Shown here piece by piece: positions 1 to 9,991 of a DNA stretch of 37,539 nt (position 1 is its first letter; each line of letters begins with the position of its first letter). Location of the stretch: NCBI GenBank assembly GCA_029838195.1, contig JALGVJ010000034.1, forward strand, positions 1 to 37,539, read 5' to 3'. Source of the stretch: Promethearchaeota archaeon. Its GTDB lineage: Archaea; Asgardarchaeota; Lokiarchaeia; Sigyniarchaeales; SOKP01. The notes under the pieces were generated by a model. The model was not told the DNA's origin and ran no database searches. It saw only the letters and a list, made by a program, of their open reading frames with translations. The translations under genes and the position numbers were made by a program.

Positions 1-113
1 AAGATGATATTTTACGGCTAATTAGGACAAGTAAAATAATGTCGGTTTGAATATCAAGACTAATCCATGCTAAATTTTAAAAAAAATAATATCTTATAAA
101 GTCAAGAAATTAT

Positions 114-1109
114 TTAATTGTTTGTTTTTTCTTTTAATTTGTTTAGAAGGGTATTTAAATAATTAAAGAGTTCGGGATAAAAAATCTTGAATAAGCGGAG
201 CCAATCTCTTCCTAAAAGAGCGCCCGATGAGAAACAAAAAATGAATCCTAATGAAATTATTTCTTCATTATGTAAGTGAAATATTGCCTTAGGCAAAAAA
301 TCAGTGCCATGTATCATGGCATTAATGGAAAAACTTAATAAAGCAATTCCTATAGGAAATATCATTTTTTTATTCAATTTATAAAAGGGAATATCTTTAA
401 TTTTTATTTGAATCTTTCCTTCAAAATTAAAATTTTCGGGGATACTATCTTGAGAATTAAAATCTTTATGGACAAACTTAAAATGCAAAATATCATTAAT
501 GTCCCTGAAGATTAAAAACCCCGCGAAAAATAAGAATAAAAGGATAAAAACCTGGAGGAAAGAAAGGATTATGACCGTTTCAATTTTTTTATAGCCTGCA
601 GGTATTAATGTCGAGCGATAAATCAATAAGCATGCTGCGATGAGTAAAATAATTAATCCTACAAAACCTTCGTGAAGGCTATATCTCCCGTAGGACACAT
701 ATCTTCTTATAGTACTTGAATGAGTTCTAATATAATATATAGTAAAAGAGATTATTCCTGGGCCTAATAGAGAATATATTATTAATTTAAAAAGTTCATA
801 ATAAATCTCTAAGGTACTTATTACCCTTCGTAAATCTAAAATGATAAAAATAACCATCAAGCTCCAAAAACTTACACTTATTGAAAATAAAATATAGAAT
901 AGTTTCTTAAATAGGTTGAAATCTATTAAAAATAAAAAAATATTGAAGAAAATACTAGTTATTATGATTGTGATCATTCGAAAGAAATTTATAGTGAAAG
1001 AATTATGGATTTCTACTAAATTTAAAATCAAAAATAAACCTAAAATCGAAATGGTAGTTCCACCAAGAAGAATTAAACTAATACGTTTAATTTTCTTATT
1101 AACAATCAT
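114..1109 (-). CDS. Hypothetical multi-pass membrane protein
   Basis: 331-aa ORF with about 8 hydrophobic segments; no family motif recognised. Confidence 0.7.
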   Translation of the reverse strand: MIVNKKIKRISLILLGGTTISILGLFLILNLVEIHNSFTINFFRMITIIITSIFFNIFLFLIDFNLFKKLFYILFSISVSFWSLMVIFIILDLRRVISTLEIYYELFKLIIYSLLGPGIISFTIYYIRTHSSTIRRYVSYGRYSLHEGFVGLIILLIAACLLIYRSTLIPAGYKKIETVIILSFLQVFILLFLFFAGFLIFRDINDILHFKFVHKDFNSQDSIPENFNFEGKIQIKIKDIPFYKLNKKMIFPIGIALLSFSINAMIHGTDFLPKAIFHLHNEEIISLGFIFCFSSGALLGRDWLRLFKIFYPELFNYLNTLLNKLKEKTNN

Positions 1110-1149
1110 TACTTTTTATAAAATAAAATATTATTTATAATGGTTTATC

Positions 1150-1782
1150 TTGAAAGAAATTCCCTTTTTTTGCGCATTTGAAGGCATTGATGGATGTGGC
1201 TCCACCACCCATGCTAAATTATTGAAGGGTTTTTTAACTAATTTAGGATTTAAAGTACATTTAACACGGGAGCCTTCTGATTCTGAGATAGGACATTTAT
1301 TGAGAAAGTTTTTATCGGACAATAGTATCCCCCCTACTACAGATGCTCTTCTTTTTGCCGCTGATAGAGATTATCATTATCATGTTGAAATTAAAAAGAA
1401 ATTAGAAGAAGGATATATCGTTATTTCGGATAGATACGTGGAATCATCTATTGTATATCAATCCCTCCAAATCCCAGAAATCTCTGTTAAATGGGTCGCA
1501 GAAATTAATAAATTCGTGGGAAAGCCGGATTTGACAATTGTTTTAGATATCGATCCAAAGATTTCATTGGAACGTAAACGGGGAGAACCCTTAGAAAAAT
1601 TTGAAGATATTTCTTTTTTGATAAAAGTTCGACAATTGTATTTAGAACGGGCTAAAAACGAAGGATATGAAATCATTAATACAAATGATATCATTGAATT
1701 AGTACAAGAAAAAATACAGCAAATTGTATTGAAAAAATTGGAATCTGTGGGGGTCGATATTCAGACCCAAAAATTTGGATAA
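1150..1782 (+). CDS. tmk: Thymidylate (dTMP) kinase
   Basis: FEGIDGCGSTT P-loop (Ser where Lys is usual), TREP, LLFAADR and SDRY..SS..YQ motifs; TTG start. Confidence 0.92.
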   Translation: MKEIPFFCAFEGIDGCGSTTHAKLLKGFLTNLGFKVHLTREPSDSEIGHLLRKFLSDNSIPPTTDALLFAADRDYHYHVEIKKKLEEGYIVISDRYVESSIVYQSLQIPEISVKWVAEINKFVGKPDLTIVLDIDPKISLERKRGEPLEKFEDISFLIKVRQLYLERAKNEGYEIINTNDIIELVQEKIQQIVLKKLESVGVDIQTQKFG

Positions 1783-2069
1783 ATCGAGCTCACCAGTTCA
1801 TGGAAACATTAATGTTATTTTTTATTGAATCTTGTAATAATGAATAACCGAATCATATAGAAAATAGCATTATTTAAGGATTAGCTTTTGAGATCTTCCA
1901 TTTTTAATCCGTTCTTTATTCATGCTGAAATGAACCGTTCTTTTATCTTCTTGGATAAATTTTATCATGATCCATCTAAATATTAGTAAAATAAATATAA
2001 AAGATGATAAATCCTCAAAATAATATTTATATAAGATTAAAAAAATAAAGGAAAAATGAAAAATTAGTA

Positions 2070-3338
2070 ATGAGTGAAATCATAAAAAATTTTAAATTTG
2101 ACGAGAGGAGGATTTTTGAGTACGTCCAAAAATTTAGTTTTCCTCGCTTGGCTGGTACTGCTGGTGAAAAAAAAGCTGTTGAGCTGGCGATTCAGACCTT
2201 TAAGGATTTAGGCTTTAAAGAAGAATCCATTATAAAACAAGAATTTGAATTTTCAGATTTTTATTCCACTACTTTAATTAAATTAATCATGGTTCTCAAT
2301 CTGACGTTTAGTTTCTTTCTATTATTCTTTATTTATATTTTACCAATAATTTCTTTCATAATAATAGGGGCTTTTGCTTTAATTTTATTGTGGATTATTA
2401 AAGGTGTTCAAAGACCGGAAAACCCTGGTTTTTTTGCCAAATATTATGGTAAAAAACTTTCTGCTACAAATGTAATAGCTAAGATCCCTCCCTTAAAAAT
2501 GAGTGAATCTAACTGTGGACACGTGCTTATTTCAGCCCATTTGGATAGCAAATCTCAAACTATAAGGACGGCTTGGCGAGTGACTTTATATCGTTTTTGG
2601 TTATATAATGGAATCATTTTGGCGATATTTTTCATCATGTTAATGATGGATGTATTTCTAAACTTAGGCTTGGCGAGAGATATAATTCTCCTAGGAATAT
2701 GGATATCAACTCTACTCATTTCGTTTTCTAATATTATTTTAATGTTGGTGGATACCGGTAATGAATCTCCTGGGGCTCTCGATAATGCTTCCGGCATGGC
2801 AATCGTTTTTGAATTAGGTTCGTATTTTTTAAAAAATCCATTGAAGCATTTTAATCTCTGGGTTTGTCAGTTTTCTGCAGAGGAACTTGGCACTATGGGA
2901 TCGAGATTTTTCGTAGATGCACATGAAGCCCTCTTTCTTAAAAATCCATCGTTCCAGTTTAATTTTGAAATGGTTTCCTTAGCTACACGAAACAAAAAAG
3001 CAAATAAAATTCAATATTTAAAATCATACGGAGTTTTTCCGAGAAAAGCCATCGCCCCTATTTTAGAAAAATACTTAAAAAAGGCCGCTAGAGAAGAAAA
3101 TATTGAAATCGAGGGATTTCACGTTTCTACGGGCGCCCATACTGATACAGTCCCATTTCACCAAAGGAAACTTAATGCGATTGATATAGTCACGAAAGAT
3201 TCTGCTTTTTGGACCCATTCTAAGGAAGATACGCCTGATAAAGTGGATCCAAAAGTGATTGCAGAAGCATGCGTGATCGTGGCAAAAGCTATTCGCTTAC
3301 TGGATAACGATTTCGAAAAACTCAAAATTCAAAAATGA
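2070..3338 (+). CDS. Membrane-embedded M28-family metallopeptidase
   Basis: Zn-site motifs SAHLDS, GALDNASG, AEELG, HTD and HSKEDTPDK, interrupted by transmembrane hairpins; ends in TGA. Confidence 0.85.
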   Translation: MSEIIKNFKFDERRIFEYVQKFSFPRLAGTAGEKKAVELAIQTFKDLGFKEESIIKQEFEFSDFYSTTLIKLIMVLNLTFSFFLLFFIYILPIISFIIIGAFALILLWIIKGVQRPENPGFFAKYYGKKLSATNVIAKIPPLKMSESNCGHVLISAHLDSKSQTIRTAWRVTLYRFWLYNGIILAIFFIMLMMDVFLNLGLARDIILLGIWISTLLISFSNIILMLVDTGNESPGALDNASGMAIVFELGSYFLKNPLKHFNLWVCQFSAEELGTMGSRFFVDAHEALFLKNPSFQFNFEMVSLATRNKKANKIQYLKSYGVFPRKAIAPILEKYLKKAAREENIEIEGFHVSTGAHTDTVPFHQRKLNAIDIVTKDSAFWTHSKEDTPDKVDPKVIAEACVIVAKAIRLLDNDFEKLKIQK

Positions 3339-3375
3339 TTTTATTGTAATGGAGTTACTTTATCTTTAGATTATC

Positions 3376-4635
3376 ATGTCAATTGCGGAAAAAATTTTAG
3401 CAGACCATTGTATTAATCAAATGAATGTGAGACCAGGTCAATTTATAGAGTGTAATGTAGATCTCGTCATGGTCCACGAACAACTAGGGGGAAGGATTCA
3501 TGTGGAATATGAAAAGCTAGGATTGGACCACGTGTGGGATCCTGAAAAAATTTTTTTTATTCTCGATCATTGGGTTCCTGCTCCTACAATAGAGTCGGCT
3601 CAAATGCATCAAGATTGTCGGAAATTTGCTAAGAAATATAAATTTGTACATGATATGGGGATGAATCAAGGAATTTGCCATCAAGTCCTCCCAGAGAAAG
3701 GCTTTGCGCTACCGGGCATGTTAATTGTAGGTTCGGATAGTCATACAACGACGTATGGAGCATTTAATTGTTTATCTACGGGAATAGGAGCAACGGATGT
3801 AGCCGTTGTCTTTGCGACGGGCAAATTATGGTTTCGCGTGCCTGAATCGTTTAAAATTATTCTTTCAGGGCAATTGAAGCCCGCAGTGCAGTCTAAAGAT
3901 TTTATTTTGACATTATTAGGGGAGCTCACCACGAAAGGTGCAATCTATAAATCCATAGAATTTCATGGGGAGGCTATTTCTTCACTTTCTATCGATTCCC
4001 GCATGACCATTGCTAACATGGTAGTTGAAGCTGGTGCAAAATTTGGTGTATTCATGCCCGATAAGAGGTTAAAAGAATGGTTGAGTAGTCGAACGCTTGA
4101 GTCTCATAAGGAAATCTTTCCCGATAAAAATGCAGAATATGAAAAAATTTTTCAATATGATTTGACAAAAATAGAACCCGTCATTGCAAAACCATATAGC
4201 CCTGATAATGTGGTTCATGTTAATGATATTGCAGGTTTAGAGATTGATCAAGCATTTTTAGGGAGTTGTACAAATGGACGCTTGGAAGATTTAAGAATTG
4301 CCGCAAGAATATTAAAAGGTAAGAAAATCGCTCCTAACGTGCGCATGATAGTGATTCCCGCTTCCAGGGAAATATATAAACAAGCATTAAAAGAAGGCTT
4401 AATTGAAATTTTTATTAATTCTGGAGCTGTTGTTGGAAATCCTACATGTGGCCCTTGTATTGGTGCTCAATTAGGCGTGTTAGGGTCCCATGAGGTGTGT
4501 ATTAGTAGTACAAATCGGAATTTTAAAGGAAGAATGGGAGATCCCTCATCAAAAGTCTACTTAGCATCTCCAGCTTCTGTAGCGGCTGCAGCATTAAAAG
4601 GATATATAACAGATCCGCAAGAGGTGTTTAATTAG
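3376..4635 (+). CDS. leuC: 3-isopropylmalate dehydratase / homoaconitase family, large subunit
   Basis: GICHQ, GSDSHT, FLGSCTNGR, CGPCIG and STNRNFKGRMG motifs with [4Fe-4S] cysteines; LeuC versus HacA specificity cannot be resolved here. Confidence 0.88.
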   Translation: MSIAEKILADHCINQMNVRPGQFIECNVDLVMVHEQLGGRIHVEYEKLGLDHVWDPEKIFFILDHWVPAPTIESAQMHQDCRKFAKKYKFVHDMGMNQGICHQVLPEKGFALPGMLIVGSDSHTTTYGAFNCLSTGIGATDVAVVFATGKLWFRVPESFKIILSGQLKPAVQSKDFILTLLGELTTKGAIYKSIEFHGEAISSLSIDSRMTIANMVVEAGAKFGVFMPDKRLKEWLSSRTLESHKEIFPDKNAEYEKIFQYDLTKIEPVIAKPYSPDNVVHVNDIAGLEIDQAFLGSCTNGRLEDLRIAARILKGKKIAPNVRMIVIPASREIYKQALKEGLIEIFINSGAVVGNPTCGPCIGAQLGVLGSHEVCISSTNRNFKGRMGDPSSKVYLASPASVAAAALKGYITDPQEVFN

Positions 4636-5127
4636 TTGGGAAAAATTAAAGGGCTCGCATATCTCTTGGGAGATGATATTAATACAGATGATATAATACC
4701 CAGTCATGTTTTAACAGCAAGAGATCCAAATGAAATGGTAAAATATGTTTTAGAATTCAGAGATCCTGATTTTGTTAAAAAAAAACAAAAAGATACGATT
4801 ATTGTTGCCGGAGAAAATTTTGGAACTGGAAGTTCAAGAGAAGAGGCAGTTCACGTGTTTAAAATGATGAATATTAGCGCGATCATAGCTAAATCTTTCG
4901 CTCGAATTTATTTTAGAAACATGATAAATTTAGGAATTTTACCCATTCTCTTAAATTGGGAGAAAAACATATTTAATAACGGAGATTTATTAGAGATCTA
5001 TCCCAAGGAGGGTAAAATCGTTAATATCACTAAAAAATTAGAATATACTTTCGAAAAAATTCCTCCGTTTTTGATGAAATTCATGGAGGCAGGAGGAATT
5101 CTAAATTATTTAAAAAATAAACAATAA
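4636..5127 (+). CDS. leuD: 3-isopropylmalate dehydratase / homoaconitase family, small subunit
   Basis: DDINTDDIIP, NFGTGSSRE and SFARIYFRN motifs; its TTG start abuts the large-subunit TAG. Confidence 0.88.
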   Translation: MGKIKGLAYLLGDDINTDDIIPSHVLTARDPNEMVKYVLEFRDPDFVKKKQKDTIIVAGENFGTGSSREEAVHVFKMMNISAIIAKSFARIYFRNMINLGILPILLNWEKNIFNNGDLLEIYPKEGKIVNITKKLEYTFEKIPPFLMKFMEAGGILNYLKNKQ

Positions 5128-5135
5128 AACTTGAT

Positions 5136-5672
5136 TTACATTAAATCTAGAATTTCTTTTTGAATTTTTTTTATTCTTTTTTCCGATTTAACCAAAATTT
5201 TACTTTTCCCATATTTTTCAAACCACCTTTTAAATCGCTGTTCAATAGAAACCTCTTTCGTGCCCATGGACATCTTATCTGCTAGGCAAACTATTTTTTC
5301 CTCGATACTATGTGGAAGATAATCTTTTTCGGGCAAGCCTAATTCCTTAGCATCTTCTTTATCCAACCCTCCTAATATATGGGTTTCGCATATCCTCGCC
5401 AGTTTTTCGGGTAATCCCTTTTCCCGGAGTATTTTCCCCCCTATTAAGGCGTGTTCAAAACCATGGGTTCTGGCTCTTCCAATATCATGTAAAATTCCTC
5501 CTATTACCACTAATTCAGTATCAACTTTCACTTTTCTAATTTTTTTAGCTATTGCAAGAGCTTTATTAGCCACGCGGATGGAATGTCTACGGATAGATCC
5601 TGGTAACTTTTCTTTTCTCAATAAAATGAGAGCAAATTCCCTTGATGGCACTATTTCTTCTTTAATATCCAT
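5136..5672 (-). CDS. HDIG-domain metal-dependent phosphohydrolase (archaeal TIGR00295-like)
   Basis: HS..V, LHDIGR, HGFEH, ETHILGG and EEKIVCLADK motifs. Confidence 0.85.
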   Translation of the reverse strand: MDIKEEIVPSREFALILLRKEKLPGSIRRHSIRVANKALAIAKKIRKVKVDTELVVIGGILHDIGRARTHGFEHALIGGKILREKGLPEKLARICETHILGGLDKEDAKELGLPEKDYLPHSIEEKIVCLADKMSMGTKEVSIEQRFKRWFEKYGKSKILVKSEKRIKKIQKEILDLM

Positions 5673-5815
5673 TATAAAATTAAATTAAAAATAATGTTTA
5701 AGTTTTAGTTTTAACGAGATTTCTCGGGAAAAATGAGAAATTTAGCAAATAATCATTGCGAAAACATGAAATTTACAAGAAAAAATCGAGGAAATGCATT
5801 TAAGAGAGCAAATTT

Positions 5816-6304
5816 CTAAAATTCTTCATGTGGACCGCTGACTACACCCCCTACCACGCCTCCTATCAAGCAACCCAATACGGATGATATAATTCCTCCT
5901 AAAGTTGCAATCAATTGCCTGCCTTGGAACATTGCCATGAGATCCTCTCCCGAGATTATATTTAGCATTATCCATATTAAAGTCACGATCACGATTATCA
6001 AGGTTGAAGCGAAAAAGCCCCTCTTTATCCCTTTTGAGATCGTCCCTGAAATATATCCAATAAAAATCCACGATAAAAATTGAGGATTTAATAATTCAAA
6101 AAGGTCAAAAGTTTCTGATGTGAAAAAACCGATAATGTTGAACTCAAAATTAGCATCCATGAGAAACACGAGACTCTTAATTATATTATTTCCGGCATAA
6201 TTCTCTATAAATTGGAATATCGACCACATGGTAAGTAGGGATACCATAAAAAAGCTTAAAAAAATGCCAATGACAAGCCCTATAAGAAATCTTTTATCAA
6301 TCAT
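5816..6304 (-). CDS. Hypothetical membrane protein with Gly-rich transmembrane helices
   Basis: 162 aa, 3-4 hydrophobic segments, GxxGG repeats near the C-terminus. Confidence 0.7.
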   Translation of the reverse strand: MIDKRFLIGLVIGIFLSFFMVSLLTMWSIFQFIENYAGNNIIKSLVFLMDANFEFNIIGFFTSETFDLFELLNPQFLSWIFIGYISGTISKGIKRGFFASTLIIVIVTLIWIMLNIISGEDLMAMFQGRQLIATLGGIISSVLGCLIGGVVGGVVSGPHEEF

Positions 6305-6477
6305 CTTGTTTTTCTTTCTGATATTTTAAATGAAAATAAGATTTATAAGGTATAAATAGTTTAGGACTATTTATCCTTTCTTCTTTAATGAGAAAAATAT
6401 TAAAGTTAAGAAGTATTAAATCACATGTTTTTACTAATAAAATTTGTGAATATTATAAACTCTCACTAGTGTGCCTC

Positions 6478-7311
6478 TTGTCTCCAAAAAAAAAAGAAGA
6501 AAAGGAACATGAGAAAGAAAGTTCTAAGGAAGATACCAAAGACGATATTTTAGAGGATTTCGAAGAAGATTTCGATGAAGATTTTGAAGAAGACTTGGAT
6601 ATTGAAGAAGAACTAGATCTATTAGACACGGAAGATATAGATTCCGAGCTTACTACTCAAGAAACCGTCATTGATAAAGATGAGGAACTCAAGCAGTTGT
6701 ATTTAAGTTCAGGTATTCATATCGGGACAAAATTGCTTACTGGTGATTTTCGGTCGAGGAATTGGCAATATAGAATCACGAATTATGGCCTCTGGGTAAT
6801 CGATCTAGTTAAAACGAGCGAGCGAATAAAAATCGCAGCAAAATTCCTAAGTAAATTCATTGAAGAGGGAAGTGACAGCGTGATTGTTAGCTCCGTTCGC
6901 AGATATGGAAAGGAGCCAGTTAAGAAGTTTTGCGAAGTATTAGGTTGTAAGGCAATCATTAATAGATATATTCCGGGAAGTTTAACCAACCCGCAATTAC
7001 CATCTGACTATTACATTAAAGATCCTAAAGTAATTTTTATCGTAGATCCTCACGCTGACAAAGTAATCTTAAAAGAAGCCCAATTAGCACGAATTCCTGT
7101 GGTTTCAATAATTGATACGGACGACGTCTTAACAAATGTTGATTTAGCAATACCAGCAAATAATCGGGGTAAAAAAAGCTTGGGTTTAATTTTCTTTCTT
7201 CTGGCAAGATATATAATGTTAGAATTAGGAAAAATTGCCTCTGAAGAAGAATTCCCTTATACTATTGAAGAATTTACTTCTAAAATCATTCCTTATTACA
7301 GACAGCAATAA
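6478..7311 (+). CDS. rps2: 30S ribosomal protein uS2 (archaeal type) with long acidic N-terminal extension
   Basis: LSSGIHIGTK, RYIPGSLTNP, DP..D...L.EA....IP and IPANNRGKKSLGL motifs. Start is uncertain: TTG 6478 or GTG 6469 seem more plausible than ATG 6388. Confidence 0.9.
   Translation: MSPKKKEEKEHEKESSKEDTKDDILEDFEEDFDEDFEEDLDIEEELDLLDTEDIDSELTTQETVIDKDEELKQLYLSSGIHIGTKLLTGDFRSRNWQYRITNYGLWVIDLVKTSERIKIAAKFLSKFIEEGSDSVIVSSVRRYGKEPVKKFCEVLGCKAIINRYIPGSLTNPQLPSDYYIKDPKVIFIVDPHADKVILKEAQLARIPVVSIIDTDDVLTNVDLAIPANNRGKKSLGLIFFLLARYIMLELGKIASEEEFPYTIEEFTSKIIPYYRQQ
6556..6600 (+). repeat. Imperfect 12-bp coding tandem repeat (DFEE-DFDE-DFEE-DLD)
   Basis: GATTTCGAAGAA GATTTCGATGAA GATTTTGAAGAA GACTTGGAT. 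Confidence 0.75.
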
Positions 7312-7544
7312 TTTTTAAGATAATTTTAAATCCTCCTTTAATATTCCCAAGATTAACAACTCCAAGCAAAATTATTGCGAGTTTTAATTCAAGGGAAAAA
7401 AATTTAATGATTTATTAATTATTAAACTCTTGAAGGTTTAATTTAATTTCATTTAATTATTATTCTTTTTACCTTTTAATTCATAGATAATAACTTTTTT
7501 AATTTCAACCCTTTTCATTTAATATGAAAAATTAATAATTATAG

Positions 7545-8330
7545 GTGAACAAAATGAAGAAAGTGATAAGCTTTAGTGGAAAGGGCGGAGTTGGCAAGAC
7601 TACAAGCCTAGTTCTCTTTTTAAAATATATATTAGAAAAGAATGGTCATATAAATATTTTGGTCATTGATTCTGATCCCGATGCTAATATTGCAGATGTT
7701 ATCGGACAAAATATTCACTTTTCTGATACAATTGGAGGAAAAATGAAGGTTTTGAAGGAAAAAATTCAAAAACGTCAATTGCCCTTAGATGTCCCAAAAA
7801 ATCAAATTATTGAAGGGGATGTGTATAAATCCATAATCGAGCTTGATAAGTTCGACATTATTGAAATGGGGAGAACAGAAGGAGAAGGGTGTTATTGTTA
7901 TATTAATTCCGTGCTGAAAAATGTAATTGACACTTTATCGAAGAATTATGAGATTACTCTAATAGATTCTCCCGCTGGTTTAGAACATTTTGCACGAAAA
8001 ACAGGGCGGAATGTTACGGATTTAATCATCGTTACGGATCCTTCTAAGATGGGACTCCATACCATGAGGAGGATTTTAGAAATTACAAAAGAAGTCAACC
8101 TTCGATTTGAAAATATATGGGTTCTTGGCAATCGATTTCCTGATAATTTAACCGAAAATCTAGAAAAAGAAATTGAAAAGCTAAATGATGATCACGTGAA
8201 ATTTTTAGGAGTATTACCCAATGATGATGAGATTAGTGAATTTAACATGAAGGGAGAAAATCTTTTAAACATTTCCCAAGATAATCTTACTTATCAAAAA
8301 GCTAAAGAAATTTTTTCAAAAATTCTTTAA
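7545..8330 (+). CDS. cooC: CooC/AcsF-family nickel-insertion ATPase (CODH/ACS maturation)
   Basis: Deviant Walker A GKGGVGKT, DSDPDAN, EGEGCYC Ni-binding CxC and DSPAGLEH. Confidence 0.85.
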   Translation: MNKMKKVISFSGKGGVGKTTSLVLFLKYILEKNGHINILVIDSDPDANIADVIGQNIHFSDTIGGKMKVLKEKIQKRQLPLDVPKNQIIEGDVYKSIIELDKFDIIEMGRTEGEGCYCYINSVLKNVIDTLSKNYEITLIDSPAGLEHFARKTGRNVTDLIIVTDPSKMGLHTMRRILEITKEVNLRFENIWVLGNRFPDNLTENLEKEIEKLNDDHVKFLGVLPNDDEISEFNMKGENLLNISQDNLTYQKAKEIFSKIL

Positions 8331-8387
8331 CGTGCTCATTTAAATCTCACGCCGTTTTTCCTCTTTTTAAATAAAAAGATATAGATC

Positions 8388-9785
8388 TTATTCCGCACAA
8401 CAAGTCATTTTGGAGATATCTCGTTTGAAACTTTGAGCCGCTAATTTAATTTGTTCCGATAAAGTAGGAAAAACGTGGATAGTATTAATTACATCATCCA
8501 ATTTCATCTTATTTTTTAATATCATCGCACCTTCATGAATAATATTTGAAGCATTGGAGCTTAAAATATGAACGCCCAATATTTCTTCCGTTTCTCGGTT
8601 AATTACCATTTTTATCGCGCCTTTAGTCTTTCCCATTATCCTTGCTTTTGGTACCAATTCAATAGGAATAGTATTACATTTACATTTAAAACCTCTCTCA
8701 TTCGCTTCAAGATCTGTGAGTCCCACGCTCCCAACTTGGGGGTCCGTGAAAATTGCATGAGGTATCACATCATAGTTCATCTCAATTTTCAATTCAGATA
8801 CAATATTATGCGCAGCAATCATTCCTTCTCGAGCTGCAATAGTTTCTAATATGGGCTCTCCTGTTACATCTCCAGCTGCCCAAATGTTATCTCCCGCCCA
8901 CATTTGTTTATCTACTATAATCTCCCCTTTTTTTCCTATTTTAAGATTTAGCTTTTCTAATCCTAAATCATTGATATTTGCCGTTCGTCCGGAAGCTATT
9001 AAAATTTTTTCTGCTTTCAATGTTTCGCTCTCTCTTCTTATGAGGCACTCAGCATTTATTTCTCCACCTATTTCATTAATTTCATTAACCGTGCAATTTA
9101 GATGAATATCAATTCCCTCCTCTACTAAATATTGATAGAGAAGATTCGAAATTTCTGGTTCTTCATTTGAAATAATATTCGGTAAGGCTTCCAATAAGAT
9201 TACTCTCGAGCCGAATCTTGAAAATAATTGAGCAAATTCTAACCCTAACGCACCTCCTCCCAAAATTAAGATAGATGCCGGAATCTTTTTTAATTGTAAG
9301 GCTGAAATGTTTGTTAAATAATTAACGTCTTCTAATCCTTGAATGGGAGGAATATAAGTAGAAGAACCCATTGCTATTATAAAATTTTTAGCGGAATAAG
9401 TCGTTTTTCCTATAAGAATTTTTTCTGGCGAAATAAATCGTGCCTTTCCATTAAGATATTCAACATGCTCTAAATTCTCCAATATTTTTTTGTATTTTTG
9501 CTCTCGTAAATAAGCTACCAATCTTTCCTTACCTTTCATGATCTGAGCAAAATCAAAAGAACTTGAAGTATTTAAACCTAAAAATCTCGGATGATTATTG
9601 TCATAAACGATTCGTGCAATATTAAGCAAATATTTGGTAGGCACGCATCCCACGTTAACGCATGTCCCTCCAATTCCAACAATATCATCATTAATTAATA
9701 AACTTCTAATTTTTAATTCATTTAATTTCATGGCCGCTGCGAATCCTGCTGCGCCCCCTCCAATGATTATTATTTCATATCGCAA
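8388..9785 (-). CDS. merA: Mercuric reductase, lacking the N-terminal NmerA domain
   Basis: GGGAAG FAD fold, redox-active GGTCVNVGCVP, GGGALGLE NAD(P)H fold, FTDPQVGSVG, and the diagnostic C-terminal vicinal Cys pair (MTCCAE). Confidence 0.88.
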   Translation of the reverse strand: MRYEIIIIGGGAAGFAAAMKLNELKIRSLLINDDIVGIGGTCVNVGCVPTKYLLNIARIVYDNNHPRFLGLNTSSSFDFAQIMKGKERLVAYLREQKYKKILENLEHVEYLNGKARFISPEKILIGKTTYSAKNFIIAMGSSTYIPPIQGLEDVNYLTNISALQLKKIPASILILGGGALGLEFAQLFSRFGSRVILLEALPNIISNEEPEISNLLYQYLVEEGIDIHLNCTVNEINEIGGEINAECLIRRESETLKAEKILIASGRTANINDLGLEKLNLKIGKKGEIIVDKQMWAGDNIWAAGDVTGEPILETIAAREGMIAAHNIVSELKIEMNYDVIPHAIFTDPQVGSVGLTDLEANERGFKCKCNTIPIELVPKARIMGKTKGAIKMVINRETEEILGVHILSSNASNIIHEGAMILKNKMKLDDVINTIHVFPTLSEQIKLAAQSFKRDISKMTCCAE

Positions 9786-9926
9786 ATGTAAAAATCACGC
9801 TCTTTTAATTCTTTAATTAAATAAGTTTCTTTTTAAAATCCTGCCAGTAAATTAATAAATTCCTAACAATTTTTAATAATTTTTAAATTAATCAAATAAA
9901 ATTTTAATGAGAGCTTGCAATCTCTT

Positions 9927-9962
9927 CTCACTCGATAACTATAATTTGCTTATCGAGATCAT
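9927..9962 (-). promoter_or_regulatory. Putative eukaryote-like SECIS element (3' UTR selenocysteine insertion sequence)
   Basis: Minus strand reads AUGAU-CUCGAUAA-GCAAAUUAUAG-UUAUCGAG-UGAG: an AUGA/GA tandem core, a perfect 8-bp helix and AAA in the apical loop, about 30 nt after the TAA of a gene with 4 in-frame UGAs. Confidence 0.75.
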
Positions 9963-9991
9963 CGATCTTTCATCTTATTCTTTTCTTTCTC

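Noticed and set aside
8388-9785. Dihydrolipoamide dehydrogenase annotation
   Set aside because: It lacks the HPTxxE active-site His (it has HVFPTLSE) and carries the C-terminal Cys-Cys pair typical of MerA.
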